A stretch of 64,000 nucleotides of DNA, from positions 51,336 through 115,335 of the IMG/VR virus record IMGVR_UViG_3300014204_000125; one strand, written 5' to 3'. The translations under genes were made by a program, and so were the position numbers. The notes under the pieces were generated by a model, which saw nothing but the letters and a program-made list of their open reading frames with translations, made no database searches and was not told where the DNA came from. Numbering within the stretch: position 1 is the stretch's first letter; the number at the start of each line of letters is the position of its first letter. Below, one piece after another: positions 17,170 to 28,665 of the stretch. This DNA comes from a virus. Its lineage: Duplodnaviria > Caudoviricetes.

Positions 17170-20100
17170 ATGAACGGACAAATGTGGTATCTCAAGTATC
17201 ACCCGGCAGACGGCCGCAAATTAATGTCACCTGAAACCAAGGCCAAAATCAAAACTATTCTCGAGGGTCTTGTTAAGGCCGGCAAAATTCATTCATTTTT
17301 CATCGGGTTCCTCGAAAAGAATAACCCCAAGACCGAAGTATTCAAGATCTCCAGGACAAACGATCACAGGTGCGGCGCCGTCTACGATTCGATCGCTACG
17401 CTCGAAGGCGTTGAAAGGTTCATCGCCTACAGGGACGCAGACCACTATAACGCTTATGATATGTAGGATGTGATTATTATGGCGTCACAATTAAATAATC
17501 TGGAGGCTGAGGTCGAACTTCTCAAAGCTCTCAATGCCGCCTATCTCAAGCACAACATCAGCAGAGCGGATTATAAAAGGATCCGCGATGCTATAACCTC
17601 ATTAAATTGGAGGGAGGAATAATTATGAAAAACGAATCCTGCGACATCTTCAATCTGGTTTACAACGATTTTTCTAAAGGCCGCAACCTTGCTGACTCCA
17701 CAGGCCAGATCTTAAACAGCTTGCCTCCCGTGTATAGGATGGCTATTTTGTCCAGAGTGTTAGACTTCATGAACTGGGGGAAATAAACAATGGACGACGC
17801 AATATTTATGGGATCCCTGTTTACCCTGCTTTTCGTAATCACCGGGACGGTGGCATTATTCTTATAATAAGACCCGCCGTCTCCGTACAAGACAGGCCGG
17901 CGAGACCCTTTATGCCTGTCCCTGTCAAACCTAAACCCCAAGACAATAGTTTCGCGGCTATCTTAGAGAGATACATGAGGTGATATTATGCAGTTATCAA
18001 GTTTTGTTGGACCCGTCCCGGCGACATCCAAGGAAAGGCGCACCCGGTTAAGGCTGTGCGTCAGACTGATCAATCATTTTTTCTCTCCGATATATTGGGG
18101 CAAGACCAATTTCAATGATACCGAGTTCAACGCAATGGGCGAGGTTGAGACCATGCACTTAGGGGCACAATACAAAATTATGCCCTGCACTTTCGGTGGC
18201 GTATTCCAATTTCAAGGTTATCTTGTTTCCGGCCCCGGGTTCAAACAGGCGGTGCTCTATGAGTGAAATAACCCGGCGCATCCAGGCCGAGATCGACACG
18301 TGCAATCTAATTCTGTACTGGTCAATTCTGGTCTGCAAGGTTTCGTTCTGTGTTTTGATCACGGCCGTCATATTGACACGGGCCGGTATTTTAAAGTGAG
18401 GTGCATTATGTTCCCTATCGAAAATCGAATCCATGTTTTCAATCTGTCCTCGACTCGCAAGACCAACGATAACATATACAAAGCGTATCGAGATTTCGTT
18501 CGCGCCAACCCCAATTTCAAGGCGTGCATTGTGTCGGAGAATTGTGGTCTTATCTGCGTTCAAAGCGACTATCACAACCTGACGGCGATGGAGGTCTATG
18601 GGGTCGAATTCATCAATAACGTAAAGAAGATGGAGGTGTAGCTATGCTATGTCACGCCAATGAGAGATATCAGTTGGTTCTCTCGATTTACAACGACATG
18701 CTCAAAGATGAGGTGTCGAGACTCGGACTCAATTCAATTCTGGATCTCAGTCAGGAATGCCGGCAGACCAAATGGATGACTGCCAAGGCCATGATTACAC
18801 TGCCAATGCGTAATCTGGCGTATAAAAACAACGATGCGGCTTATATTTTACAGTAGGAGGCATTTATGGACGCTATTTATCTTACCAAGACCGACACAAT
18901 GGCGAAGATCGCCGCGACTATCGGGTATGGCGGAACAAAATTTAGGGTGCGCATTGAGAAAGGCCCGTTTGATCTTCGGAGTTATTGGGACGGAGGTTCC
19001 CGGGATCAGTATTATTTACTCGATATCAAGACCGGGCTTCCTCTTCCCCTGCGAACCCAGACCGCGCCGGCCGAGTTCGGTGGACATGCAAGTTCTTTCA
19101 TGCTTGAACCCGGGCAGATTCTTGTTCGGCACTCAACATTCTGTGGCAAAGACATGGGACTCGAACTCTCTGTTTCTCCCGACAATCCCGAGATTATTAA
19201 GGCGCTCATGCCGCCAGACTCGGGTATCGAACTGTCAGAGAATGAACTGTTCGTTCTCTACACCATCGGACACTTGAAGTCATGCGCCAGACCTGACGAG
19301 TATCGCAAGGCTGGCTTCAAGACGGCAGAGATCGACAGAATAAAAGTGAAGCTCCTCCAGATGGGGCTTTTAACGAAGATTGGCGCCATCACCGTCGAGG
19401 GGCGCAACTTCGTCAATCAGGCCGCGAGCAAGCGTAATGTATCATCGCATTCGCTTTTCCCGTGGCAATGGCAGAAGACCCCTGAAGCCATTGAGGCAAA
19501 GGCGGTGTAATATGGTAGACTTCTTCGGACTCGGGCCGTCACCCGTTGAGGCCGGGTGTGTTCAGGTATTGTCAGGACAGCCTGAAACTTATATTGAAAG
19601 CTGTCGTGAGGTTCATAATTATGTAAACCTATTGCGGAAACTATTCGTCAATATAATAGACGCCGATCGCATTTATTCCAAGAAATTCGATCACGACTTC
19701 GGCCCGTATAATGAGGCCGTTGTTAGTTTTGAGACTGACAACGAGGACCAAGTCAAGCGGGCTCTATTTATCGAGTCCCACACCCCGGCGCATTGGATCC
19801 ACGACGAAGACATTGTGCCGTACACCGAAAATCAATTCAATGAATGGGTAAAAGCCAAGTATGAGCCATTTAAGGAGGCGACATTATGAATTACAAAAAC
19901 ATATCTACCGATACCCTCGTAAGTATGATCCCTGGATTGTGCAGGACTTACCGATTCGCACACCAGGACGAAACGCTTCACAAACTGGTAAGTATTATCG
20001 CCGCGTTAGACGAACGTGGTTTCTACAAGGGGGCGATAATATGAAACGGTGGATTCACCCAGAATTGGTTCAATACATCCGGGCCTTCGTCTGGAACCAT

Positions 20101-20809
20101 CATAAACTCAAACGTGAAGACAATAAACCCAAGGTGTTCTGGCTGCACTATATCGTGGAGGAGTGTGGCCTCGCAATGGCAACCGTCAACCCGAAATTCA
20201 GACCACCCATATTCGGGACAATTCCTGTGAATCAGAAAGGCGAGATCAAAGAACGGGACATATACGTTGCGTTCGAGGCACTTCAACCATATCATAAATG
20301 GTGTTTCAAAGCCCTGAACGAAAAGACAAGGAGGCGCTATAATGGTTGAGATTATATGCCCACAGTTCTACAAGGCCAAAGACCCCAAAGACAGACAGAA
20401 GGCGCTGAATTATCTCAACGCCTCGTGCTTCCTGAAACGCCAGGGAACCTTACAGCACTTCAATCACAGATACGAGATGCTGCTGGCCGTGGCTAAACTT
20501 AACGAGGCCAAAGGGGTTGAGCATAAGCCTGACGCCAAGATAAAGTATCAGTTAATCTCGAAGGACGGTTGTTACGTCAAGATCACAAAGATCGAATATG
20601 ATTTTTTTCTTGCAATGGGGTTCGATTTCACGGAGCATTGCAGGAAGCCTGAGCCTCTTACGATCGAAGAGGCTATACAATTCACCCCCGAGAAGATGAT
20701 AACCTATCACCACGATATCGATATGTTAATCGCAGACCAGAGGATCCCATTCAGAGATCGGGTAGATCTCAACATCAAATTTCAAAATGCAAAGAAAGGC
20801 GTGAGTTAA
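17170..20809 (+). other. Early small hypothetical genes (17170-17466, 17988-18266, 18408-18641, 18644-18856, 18866-19510, 19512-19889, ~20041-20349, 20342-20809 and shorter ORFs)
   Basis: Co-oriented ORFs each with a GGAGG/GAGG RBS; 18866 (SYWDGGSR...FCGKDMG) and 19512 (HDFGPY) resemble recurrent phage early proteins. Confidence 0.7.
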
Positions 20810-20958
20810 AATGATAGACGAGACAAGCGTAGAATCTATAACTAAACTCGGCCGGACAGAGATCCGGTATCGTAAAGACGGCAAGGTTGTCCGTGAAACA
20901 TACAACGACTTCTCGGTGGCTATGAACCGCCAGAGAACGCTTGAAAGGGGTGAATAGT

Positions 20959-21543
20959 ATGAGTTTAAATCAAAAACAATCAGTTAATATCACACCGAGT
21001 TTCATCAAAAAATGGGATCCCTGCAAGCCCGGGCTTGACTGGTATCTCGAAAAGTTCCCAAAGAAATTCAATAACTCGATCGGGGTATTGGACGCCTTAA
21101 TAAAGGCGAATCAACTACCCTATGCAAACTGGCTGATTGTCCGAGTAATGTCAAGGCCGCAGTATCTCAAATATGCGATATATGCTGCGGAGCAAGTTAT
21201 CGGGATATACGAGAAAAAATACCCGAATAATCCGGCTCCAAGAAATGCAATCAAGGCGGCTAAAGCCGTATTGAAAAACGATACCATCGAAAACCGCAAG
21301 GCTGCTGCTGCTGCTGCTTATGCTGCTTATGCTGCTGCTGCTGCTTATGCTGCTTATGCTGCTGCTGCTGCTTATGCTGCTTATGCTGCTGCTGCTGATG
21401 CTGCTTATGCTGCTTATGCTGCTGATGCTGCTTATGCTGCTTATGCTGCTTATGCTGCTGCTGCTGCTTATGCTGATGCAAGAAAAGAAATGAGACTCAA
21501 GATCCTCAGATATGGGATTAAATTATTAAAGGCAGGTGAGTAA
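20959..21543 (+). CDS. Imm5-like protein with Ala/Tyr tandem repeat
   Basis: YAIYAAEQVIGIYEKKYPNNPAPRNAIKAAK followed by an (AAY)n run. Confidence 0.7.
   Translation: MSLNQKQSVNITPSFIKKWDPCKPGLDWYLEKFPKKFNNSIGVLDALIKANQLPYANWLIVRVMSRPQYLKYAIYAAEQVIGIYEKKYPNNPAPRNAIKAAKAVLKNDTIENRKAAAAAAYAAYAAAAAYAAYAAAAAYAAYAAAADAAYAAYAADAAYAAYAAYAAAAAYADARKEMRLKILRYGIKLLKAGE
21301..21480 (+). repeat. In-frame GCT/TAT/GAT tandem repeat
   Basis: ~180 bp made almost entirely of GCT, TAT and GAT codons. Confidence 0.95.
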
Positions 21544-22134
21544 TATGAGATACGGCAACACGAATTATCGCACAGAGGCCCGCGTCAAGGTTGCGCCCAA
21601 ACCGAAATTGTGATACAATAATTCCCAATCGTGACCACGAGATCGCGAAATAATAAATAGGAGGCGATAGTATGCAGCTACGCCTAAATACATTCACCTG
21701 AGGCATGGATTACCGAAATCAGAAGGCGACCCTGATGGACAAAGCGCTGTTCGAAACGGGGCTTGTATATGGTTACTCCAACCCGGAGAAAAACAAGATC
21801 AAACATGTCAACACGCATTATGCCGGCTGTCCCCGAGCATAAGACGGAGATCGTACCAAGGCAAAATAAATCCTTGTTATATAATTGAAAGGTAAAGTGA
21901 TAAAGATGGCCCTTACGGGATTTATTTGAACACCCGAATTGAAAATTTATATATAATATGAGATGGACATCGCCGCCCCTTTCCGGGGCCAAATCGAGAA
22001 GTAAAGCATCGCTGAAAAATAAAGATGCGGAAAGGACTGATTAAAATTAAAGTCTAATTTTTTTTTATATAATTGATATTTATGGACGCTGTTCAAGGCG
22101 TCAAGCGATTTATATAATACACAATGTTTCTCTT

Positions 22135-22173
22135 ACACATCCGGGGGCTGAAAAGACCTCGGGTGTGTTTTTA
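22135..22173 (+). terminator. Intrinsic terminator
   Basis: ACACATCCGGGG...CCTCGGGTGTGT-TTTT. Confidence 0.7.
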
Positions 22174-22190
22174 ATTTGGGAGGTGCAGTT

Positions 22191-25100
22191 ATGAACTGGG
22201 ATAAAGAAACTGTTGGAGATTCAGATGTAAAAGAGGTGTTTCAAGAATTTTTCAAAAGATCAAACTATATGTCAACCCAGATAATTGAATATTATAGACA
22301 GAAAAAACTTTTGTGCGAATTCAGTTTTGGTAAATTTTTAGATACCAAGATATACGGTTGCACTTTTCTCGAGATGGTTAAAGAAAATGGCTCGTGGAAG
22401 GCCCAAAGAAGGCAAGACCTCGATAGGGCGCTTAATGATAACACGGAAGCTCTGATATATATCAAGGAAACGCTAAACAAGGAGGCGTTATGATACAAGA
22501 AATAGATTTGGGTGTTCGATCCCGAGGCCCTTTATCCGAGCCTCATATTGCAATATCGGATTTTAGAAACAATCATCGAATAAACACAATGAAGGTTATT
22601 GAATGGCGCGCACAAATAGCAATGGATGCAGCCATGTTAGTATATAAACTAACAAAGACCGTAAGAATAAATATAAAAATAGAACCCACTCATTTCGGTA
22701 CGGCTCCGAAAGTTGTAATCCAATACGACGATCAATACCCGAGAGACAAAAGCGTCGCTCTTTATATCAGATTCCATTTGCCCAAGAACTACCAGACAAG
22801 GAAACCCTTGTCTCGCAAGGCGTATTACAAACACATAAGATCTCTTCTGAAAATTATTGAATATGCAAAAGCAAGGGAGTGGGAAATATGAAGAAAATGG
22901 TAATGGTCGTGTATCCCACATATCTCGTCAGGCTCGGGTTGAAGCCTGAATACGAGATGATAAGTCAGGCCGAGGCCAAAAGGCGCGGCATCAAGAAAGA
23001 GGATATAAAGTAATTTTAAGGCGGGGTGTACGTTTATGAATGTTCCTTTAGATCTGTTTATCTTTTGCCTCGGTATATGTGCCGGGGTAGTATATTCTCA
23101 ATTCATAAAATAGGAGGCGATTTTAATGAAATGTAATTGCAAAGAGTGCGGGGACAAGTTCTTTTCGAACCACGCCGGGATCAAGACGGCAACAGATTTC
23201 TGTTCGTTGTTGTGCGAGGCGGTTCACAAATTTAAGACGGGGGTGAGCGCATGAACCAATGCGACGAAGTGCGTAAATGCGCGATATGTAACTATCCCTT
23301 TTGGATCAGCGATCTGGCCGCGTTAGATACTCCGTTCGGGGTATTCAATGTCTGCGATGATTGCTCAACAAAACATAACGCAAAATCCGACAAAGATGAG
23401 AATAAAGACGAACTTTCCAAGACCGGCGCAAGAGCCATCATAACTAATTATCAGGTTCAAATCAAACACATGCAGGCTTATGTTGGTGATTTAATTACAT
23501 ATATCAAGGAGGCGTAACATGAGCGTGGTTTCAAATGGACTCAGATACTTCGTATTCCAGCATGGACGCAAGATACGAGAGTTCGTGTTCTGGTGGCAAG
23601 TCCAACATTTCTTTCAGGAAAACGGAATAAATTTATAGGAGGGGATGCCCATGTTAAATATCGATCAGAGACCGCCCCGGATTTACCTGAACATCAACGG
23701 CGAACCTATCAGATCAGACTTTCGTAATTTCTCCAGCGCAAAGGCTGCGTTAGACGCCATTCTTTTGCAGACCGACGTAACGGGTCAGAAGCGGCTCAGG
23801 AAACACAATGACATAATCGAGTTGTCCTTATGTTAGGCGAACAATCAAACGACACCTTCAAGATCGACTGGCCATTGCTCCTCGGGGGCCGGCCATGCAA
23901 AGACGATACAGATTGGAAAGAGAAACAGAGAAGCGCAGAGATCCTTCGCAACTGGAAGAGAGAACAGGAGGAAGAAAGGCGATGAGTATAAAATTCAAAC
24001 CCGGGCAGTGCGTACAGACCATCGGGATCTCATCCCAGTTCGATGACAACGCGACAAGGCCGCTTATGATGCGGCACCTCGCCGGGGACTTCGGAGATGT
24101 CTCGGAAGACTCCAAGGAACAAAACGCACAGGCAATTAAGGATGAAGACGGCATGATTATGTCGGTGTATAAAGCAATCGCAACCAAGAAAGGCGATCTC
24201 CAAGATATATGGATCATCTCGTATGTGGCGCAGAACACAACTGTGCTGCTGCCCGAGGAGTATTGATATGCAGAACTCAATAATCGGCAATATCGACATG
24301 GGTCCGTGGACAACCGTAATGGGATGCTGTTTCGTCATAAGCAATAAAGAGGTGTCCAATGTTTATTGTTTAACAGAAGGCGTTCAACTCTGCGATTTTG
24401 TAATGCACCACCTAAAAGCGAATCACAAAGTAATGGTTGAGGGTGTATATTTTGATCCTCTAAAACAATCCGATCTCAACAAGTTTATCGTGAAGGCGGT
24501 GACACTTATAAAATGAAATACATCGTACTCCACAAACATACCAAGCAATGCGGGCAGGACATGGTGGATTATATTAACGTGAATGGTAGTCACGGCGGAA
24601 TCTTACATTTAATCCACGAGTTCGGGAAGACCCCCGAGAATCCCGTCATACTCGACACTGAGACCGATCCAATTATGAAACAGGGACTCAGGCTCGTAGC
24701 CTACGGCCCGTACAGAATGATCTGGGATATCTGGCCCGCCGAGGTAATATTAATAAAGGAAGTGGTGTAGTAATGGTAAATAAAAAAGACGAGGCTTTAT
24801 TCCACATGGCGGTTGATATGATGGGCGGCGGCAACGTATCCTCAGAGACCCACAGGAAACTTGAGAAGTTAGGCGATACCGATTTTTCTTCCGTGGTATT
24901 CGATACGATCGATCTCGTAATGGGAGGCCGCTTGTGAGAACATTCAAGGAGATAATGGACGGTGAGTGCGCCAACGAGGCGTGTCATAACCCCGACCTTG
25001 ACTCAATGCAGGGGCCGATAGCGTCCGGCGACACAATAGATCTGACCGTCGAGTGTTGCCGATGCGGCGCCATCTGGACGGTAACATACAAAGCCATCGA

Positions 25101-26946
25101 AACGATAACGATGAGCAATCCGGGGAGGAAAGAATGAAAACTAAATTACAATTTCTATTCAACGATTTATACGAATACACGATGGGCTGCATAGGCGGCG
25201 AAGGCGAACAACTCGAAGCGATAAAAGAGAAGTATCTGAAACTAATCGCAGAAGAAAACTCGGGACCGGACTTAGCAGACGCGCTCCAACACATTAAAGA
25301 TATGGTAAGCGTAGGCGATAGCGCCAAGGCCATAGGCAATTATGCAAACGAAGTTCTGGCTCAAGACATCCTGTCGAAAAGGGGCGGATGCGATGATCCC
25401 GCGACTTACGATAATGTGTTCGAAAAGTTGCACTCGAACGGGTTCTCGATAGTGCCGTCAGATGAAAATTCGGGGGTATTCGAAATGTGGAGGAAGAAAG
25501 ACGGGGGAGAATATTCCGAAACCGTTGAAGTCGATAAAGACAACGAGACGGTGTTTTGCTCCGTTTATGGAATATTCTTTCATTACGAAGACGAACAAGG
25601 TATAGACTACGAAGAGTTTATCACAAGGGGGTAAATATGCTACAATCCGAATTCGAAAAACTGATCGGGAAGCGCATTAGCGTCGAACTCTATTCTCAGG
25701 TAATCGAGCCCGTTTACACTTTCCACCCCAGTATTAACAATAAAGACGGCAAGTCCCAAATATGCGCCCTCTGGAATATAGGCGGCGAGATATTGTTGAG
25801 GGATATGCTGGGGACTGCCGAGAAGGCGAAAGAGATCGAGATCAATATTCGAGCATACGAAAATCTTATTAAAATTGAAAAGGCGGCAATAGACAAAGAA
25901 GCAGATGAATACAAGAAATTGAAACAGACGCGATACGATAACATTAACCTGTCAAACTTACGGATTGCTGCACTCTGCACAGATTTAAAAGACATGGGGC
26001 GCTGCCCTATAAATCTGCCGGGGAGGGATGTTAAATGAAATGTAAGACATGCCAGCAAGATATCCCGATCGATATCAACTGCAATATCTGGGATCTCAAA
26101 AAAGACGATGTTATGGAGTATTTCGGCAGGGCCGGAGACTGCATGTTAATCATGAAAGACAAAAGGATCATCTGCGAATGCGATTGCAGTTTATCCACGA
26201 TCGACGGCAATAAATTGATAGAAGACGGCGGCGAGTTCGTAAGTCGCAATATCAACGACGAATACTCGAACTTGGGCGAGCAATACGATTTCGAAGCCTA
26301 CTCGGAATATCTGGGGCGCTGGATGTACCGAAGGGTCAGCGAGGACACGAACGAGATCGAGATGGGAATCCACCCTGCAAAATATAAAGGTGGGCTTAAC
26401 CCTTATAATCCCAATACTTATTTTGCAACAGGGAAGATCATTTCCCTGGGAAGCATAAGACCAGACTGCAACAGCAGATTCTCCTATTATATGGGGGTAG
26501 ACCTCGAAGGTCTTATAATCAAAATAGGAGGAAAAGAAAATCAGCTCAAGATCTCTCTGGCGCAATATAATAACTTAAAAGAAATGCCGTGGAGCTCTCT
26601 ATATTTCAAATTCGAAATAGTAGAAGACACTTTAATCAACGCTGTCGAAATAAACAAAGAGGAAAAGAACGATTATGTTCGCACCTTCGTCGGTACGGTC
26701 AATAAGGTGAGCCAACACGGAGGCCAACACACAGCCGGCAGTGAATACACGGCCGAAATTGAGTTAGCACAACTCAACCTCGGGAATCAGATAACCCAAC
26801 ACGGAGGCCGAAAGGACATAATAATTGACGAAAATTTCTTTCGTTACTTCGACGAACCCAATTCATTCCATTCCACCTACCAGTTCAATATCGATGTATC
26901 GAATAACAAATTAGTCTCATACGGCAAATATAAAGGAGATGAGTAG
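22191..26946 (+). other. Early small hypothetical genes (22191-22493, 22490-22891, 23251-23517, 23645-23836, 24268-24516, 24513-24770, 24934-25137, 25134-25634, 25637-26038, 26035-26946)
   Basis: Co-oriented coupled ORFs with strong RBSs. Confidence 0.7.
23982..24266 (+). CDS. Conserved plasmid/phage small protein (RH-x-x-GD-x-G...TTxLLPxEY family)
   Basis: RHLAGDFGDVSEDSKEQNAQAI...SVYK...IWII...TTVLLPEEY. Confidence 0.75.
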   Translation: MSIKFKPGQCVQTIGISSQFDDNATRPLMMRHLAGDFGDVSEDSKEQNAQAIKDEDGMIMSVYKAIATKKGDLQDIWIISYVAQNTTVLLPEEY

Positions 26947-27826
26947 AATGAACACAAGCGAACGCATTTACAACGAGGTAACGGACAACATCATCAAAAT
27001 CCTGGAATCCGGAAACATCCCGTGGAAAAAGCCCTGGATCGGGGGTAATGCGCCGAGTAATCTTGTGAGTAAGAAGGCGTACCGAGGAATCAATTCGATC
27101 GTACTCGGATTCAGTCCATTCGCCAAGACGCCCTACTGGCTCACCCTCAATCAGTGCAAACAACTCGGGGGCTGGGTGCAGGACTTGAAACACCCGACAT
27201 TAATCGTATTCTATGCCTTCAGGGATTACGAGAAGACCGATAAAAAAGGGGTTGTAAAAACGGAGAAGGTGCCGATGCTGAAGCACTACTACGTTTACAA
27301 TTCGAGCCAATGCACAGGGCTTAAACTCCCTGAGACAAAGACGTTCGAGCACGCCCCGATCCCTGCGGCTTACAGCGTAGTCGAAAAATACCTGACGAAA
27401 GAAAAGATTCAGGTATCAGACGGAGGGCGCTGCTCATACTCGCCTTCATCGGATTCGATTACGATGGTTCCCGTCACGCAGTTCCCAAAGATCGAGGAGT
27501 TCTACTCCACAATGTTTCACGAGATGGCCCACAGCACGGGGCATCAGACACGCTTAAAAAGGGCCGGGATTATCGAGTCCAACGGGTTCGGCAGCGAATT
27601 GTACTCAAAGGAAGAGCTCGTAGCGGAAATGACCGCGAGTTTCATCAGCAATGCAGTCGGGTTCGGTGAGGTCGCAATCGAAAACGCGGCCGCGTATATC
27701 CAGAACTGGCTCAAGGTTCTGAAAGATGACAAGAAGATGGTTGTGAGCGCGGCTGGCGCGGCACAGAAGGCGGCGGATTATATTATCGATGCGCCGAAGG
27801 AGGTTGTAATTGATCCGACTGCATGA
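26939..27826 (+). CDS. ardC: ArdC-family antirestriction ssDNA-binding protein with zincin domain
   Basis: PWKKPW, YRGIN, WLTLNQ...LGG, FHEMAHSTGH..RL, YSKEELVAE, AYIQNWL. Confidence 0.93.
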   Translation: MSRMNTSERIYNEVTDNIIKILESGNIPWKKPWIGGNAPSNLVSKKAYRGINSIVLGFSPFAKTPYWLTLNQCKQLGGWVQDLKHPTLIVFYAFRDYEKTDKKGVVKTEKVPMLKHYYVYNSSQCTGLKLPETKTFEHAPIPAAYSVVEKYLTKEKIQVSDGGRCSYSPSSDSITMVPVTQFPKIEEFYSTMFHEMAHSTGHQTRLKRAGIIESNGFGSELYSKEELVAEMTASFISNAVGFGEVAIENAAAYIQNWLKVLKDDKKMVVSAAGAAQKAADYIIDAPKEVVIDPTA

Positions 27827-28101
27827 TTTAAAAAGGGCCGGGTTCGAAACAATGCAAAGGTGGGTGTGTGATTGCGGGTGTCCCCATTTCGTTGTTTCCA
27901 CTTTAGGCGGAACAATCACCATAATCTGCGATAACTGCAAGGACTATCTTCATATTGTGGAGGCCAATAAATGACATGTTTCATAAGCGAAGACCACGGC
28001 GAAGCGACCCGCTGGTATCGCCACATCGGCATCTGCGAGAACTGCTATAATTTTTATTCGGGAACAGAGTTAGACGAAATCATTAAGGGGAGGCGATAAA
28101 A

Positions 28102-28326
28102 ATGGCAAAAAGATATACAATCAAACAACTTGAAGGCCCTTCAAATATTGCAACAATAAACAAACAATACCTGAGCGACGATCAAATTCTTTTAGACCTG
28201 GCGAGAGATAGATACGAAAAAACTACAAATCCTTACTCGCCTCTGTCAAAGAGACTAAATAAAATAATAGACAAACTTCGTGAAAAGATAAACAAAGACA
28301 TCAGAAGAAAAAGCGGGAGGCACTAA
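28102..28326 (+). CDS. Hypothetical protein
   Basis: RBS GGAGG; 74 aa. Confidence 0.65.
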   Translation: MAKRYTIKQLEGPSNIATINKQYLSDDQILLDLARDRYEKTTNPYSPLSKRLNKIIDKLREKINKDIRRKSGRH

Positions 28327-28491
28327 ATTGCTAAGACTTTTGGATGGTGGGAATTGAAATTAACAAACGATCTTCGATCCGATGATCTGTCGGACGCTGA
28401 TAGAGAACATATCGCCAAGTGCATAAAGGAAGGATATTCAAGCAGGGAAATCGTTGCAGACGAGCCAAATGAGGTTCCCAATGAAACTTAA
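28327..28491 (+). CDS. Small hypothetical protein with putative ATT start
   Basis: GGGAGG 6 nt before ATT; IAKTFGWWEL...LSDADREHIAKCIKEGYSS; fills the gap exactly. Confidence 0.5.
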   Translation: MAKTFGWWELKLTNDLRSDDLSDADREHIAKCIKEGYSSREIVADEPNEVPNET

Positions 28492-28665
28492 AGAGACATC
28501 TGAATTCATCGCTTGGGAACTCCTGAGCGATTTACAAGACAGGGCGGATGATCACACGGTCTGCCCCAAATGCAAGTCACAACTCTATTTCTGTGATTGC
28601 CCTCAGAACATGGCATGTGACATTTTCGTAAAGTATCTGGATAAAATAAAGGAGTTGGATGCGTA

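Noticed and set aside
21260-21481. His/Gln/Lys repeat protein on the minus strand
   Set aside because: Shadow of the GCT/TAT repeat in the + strand gene.
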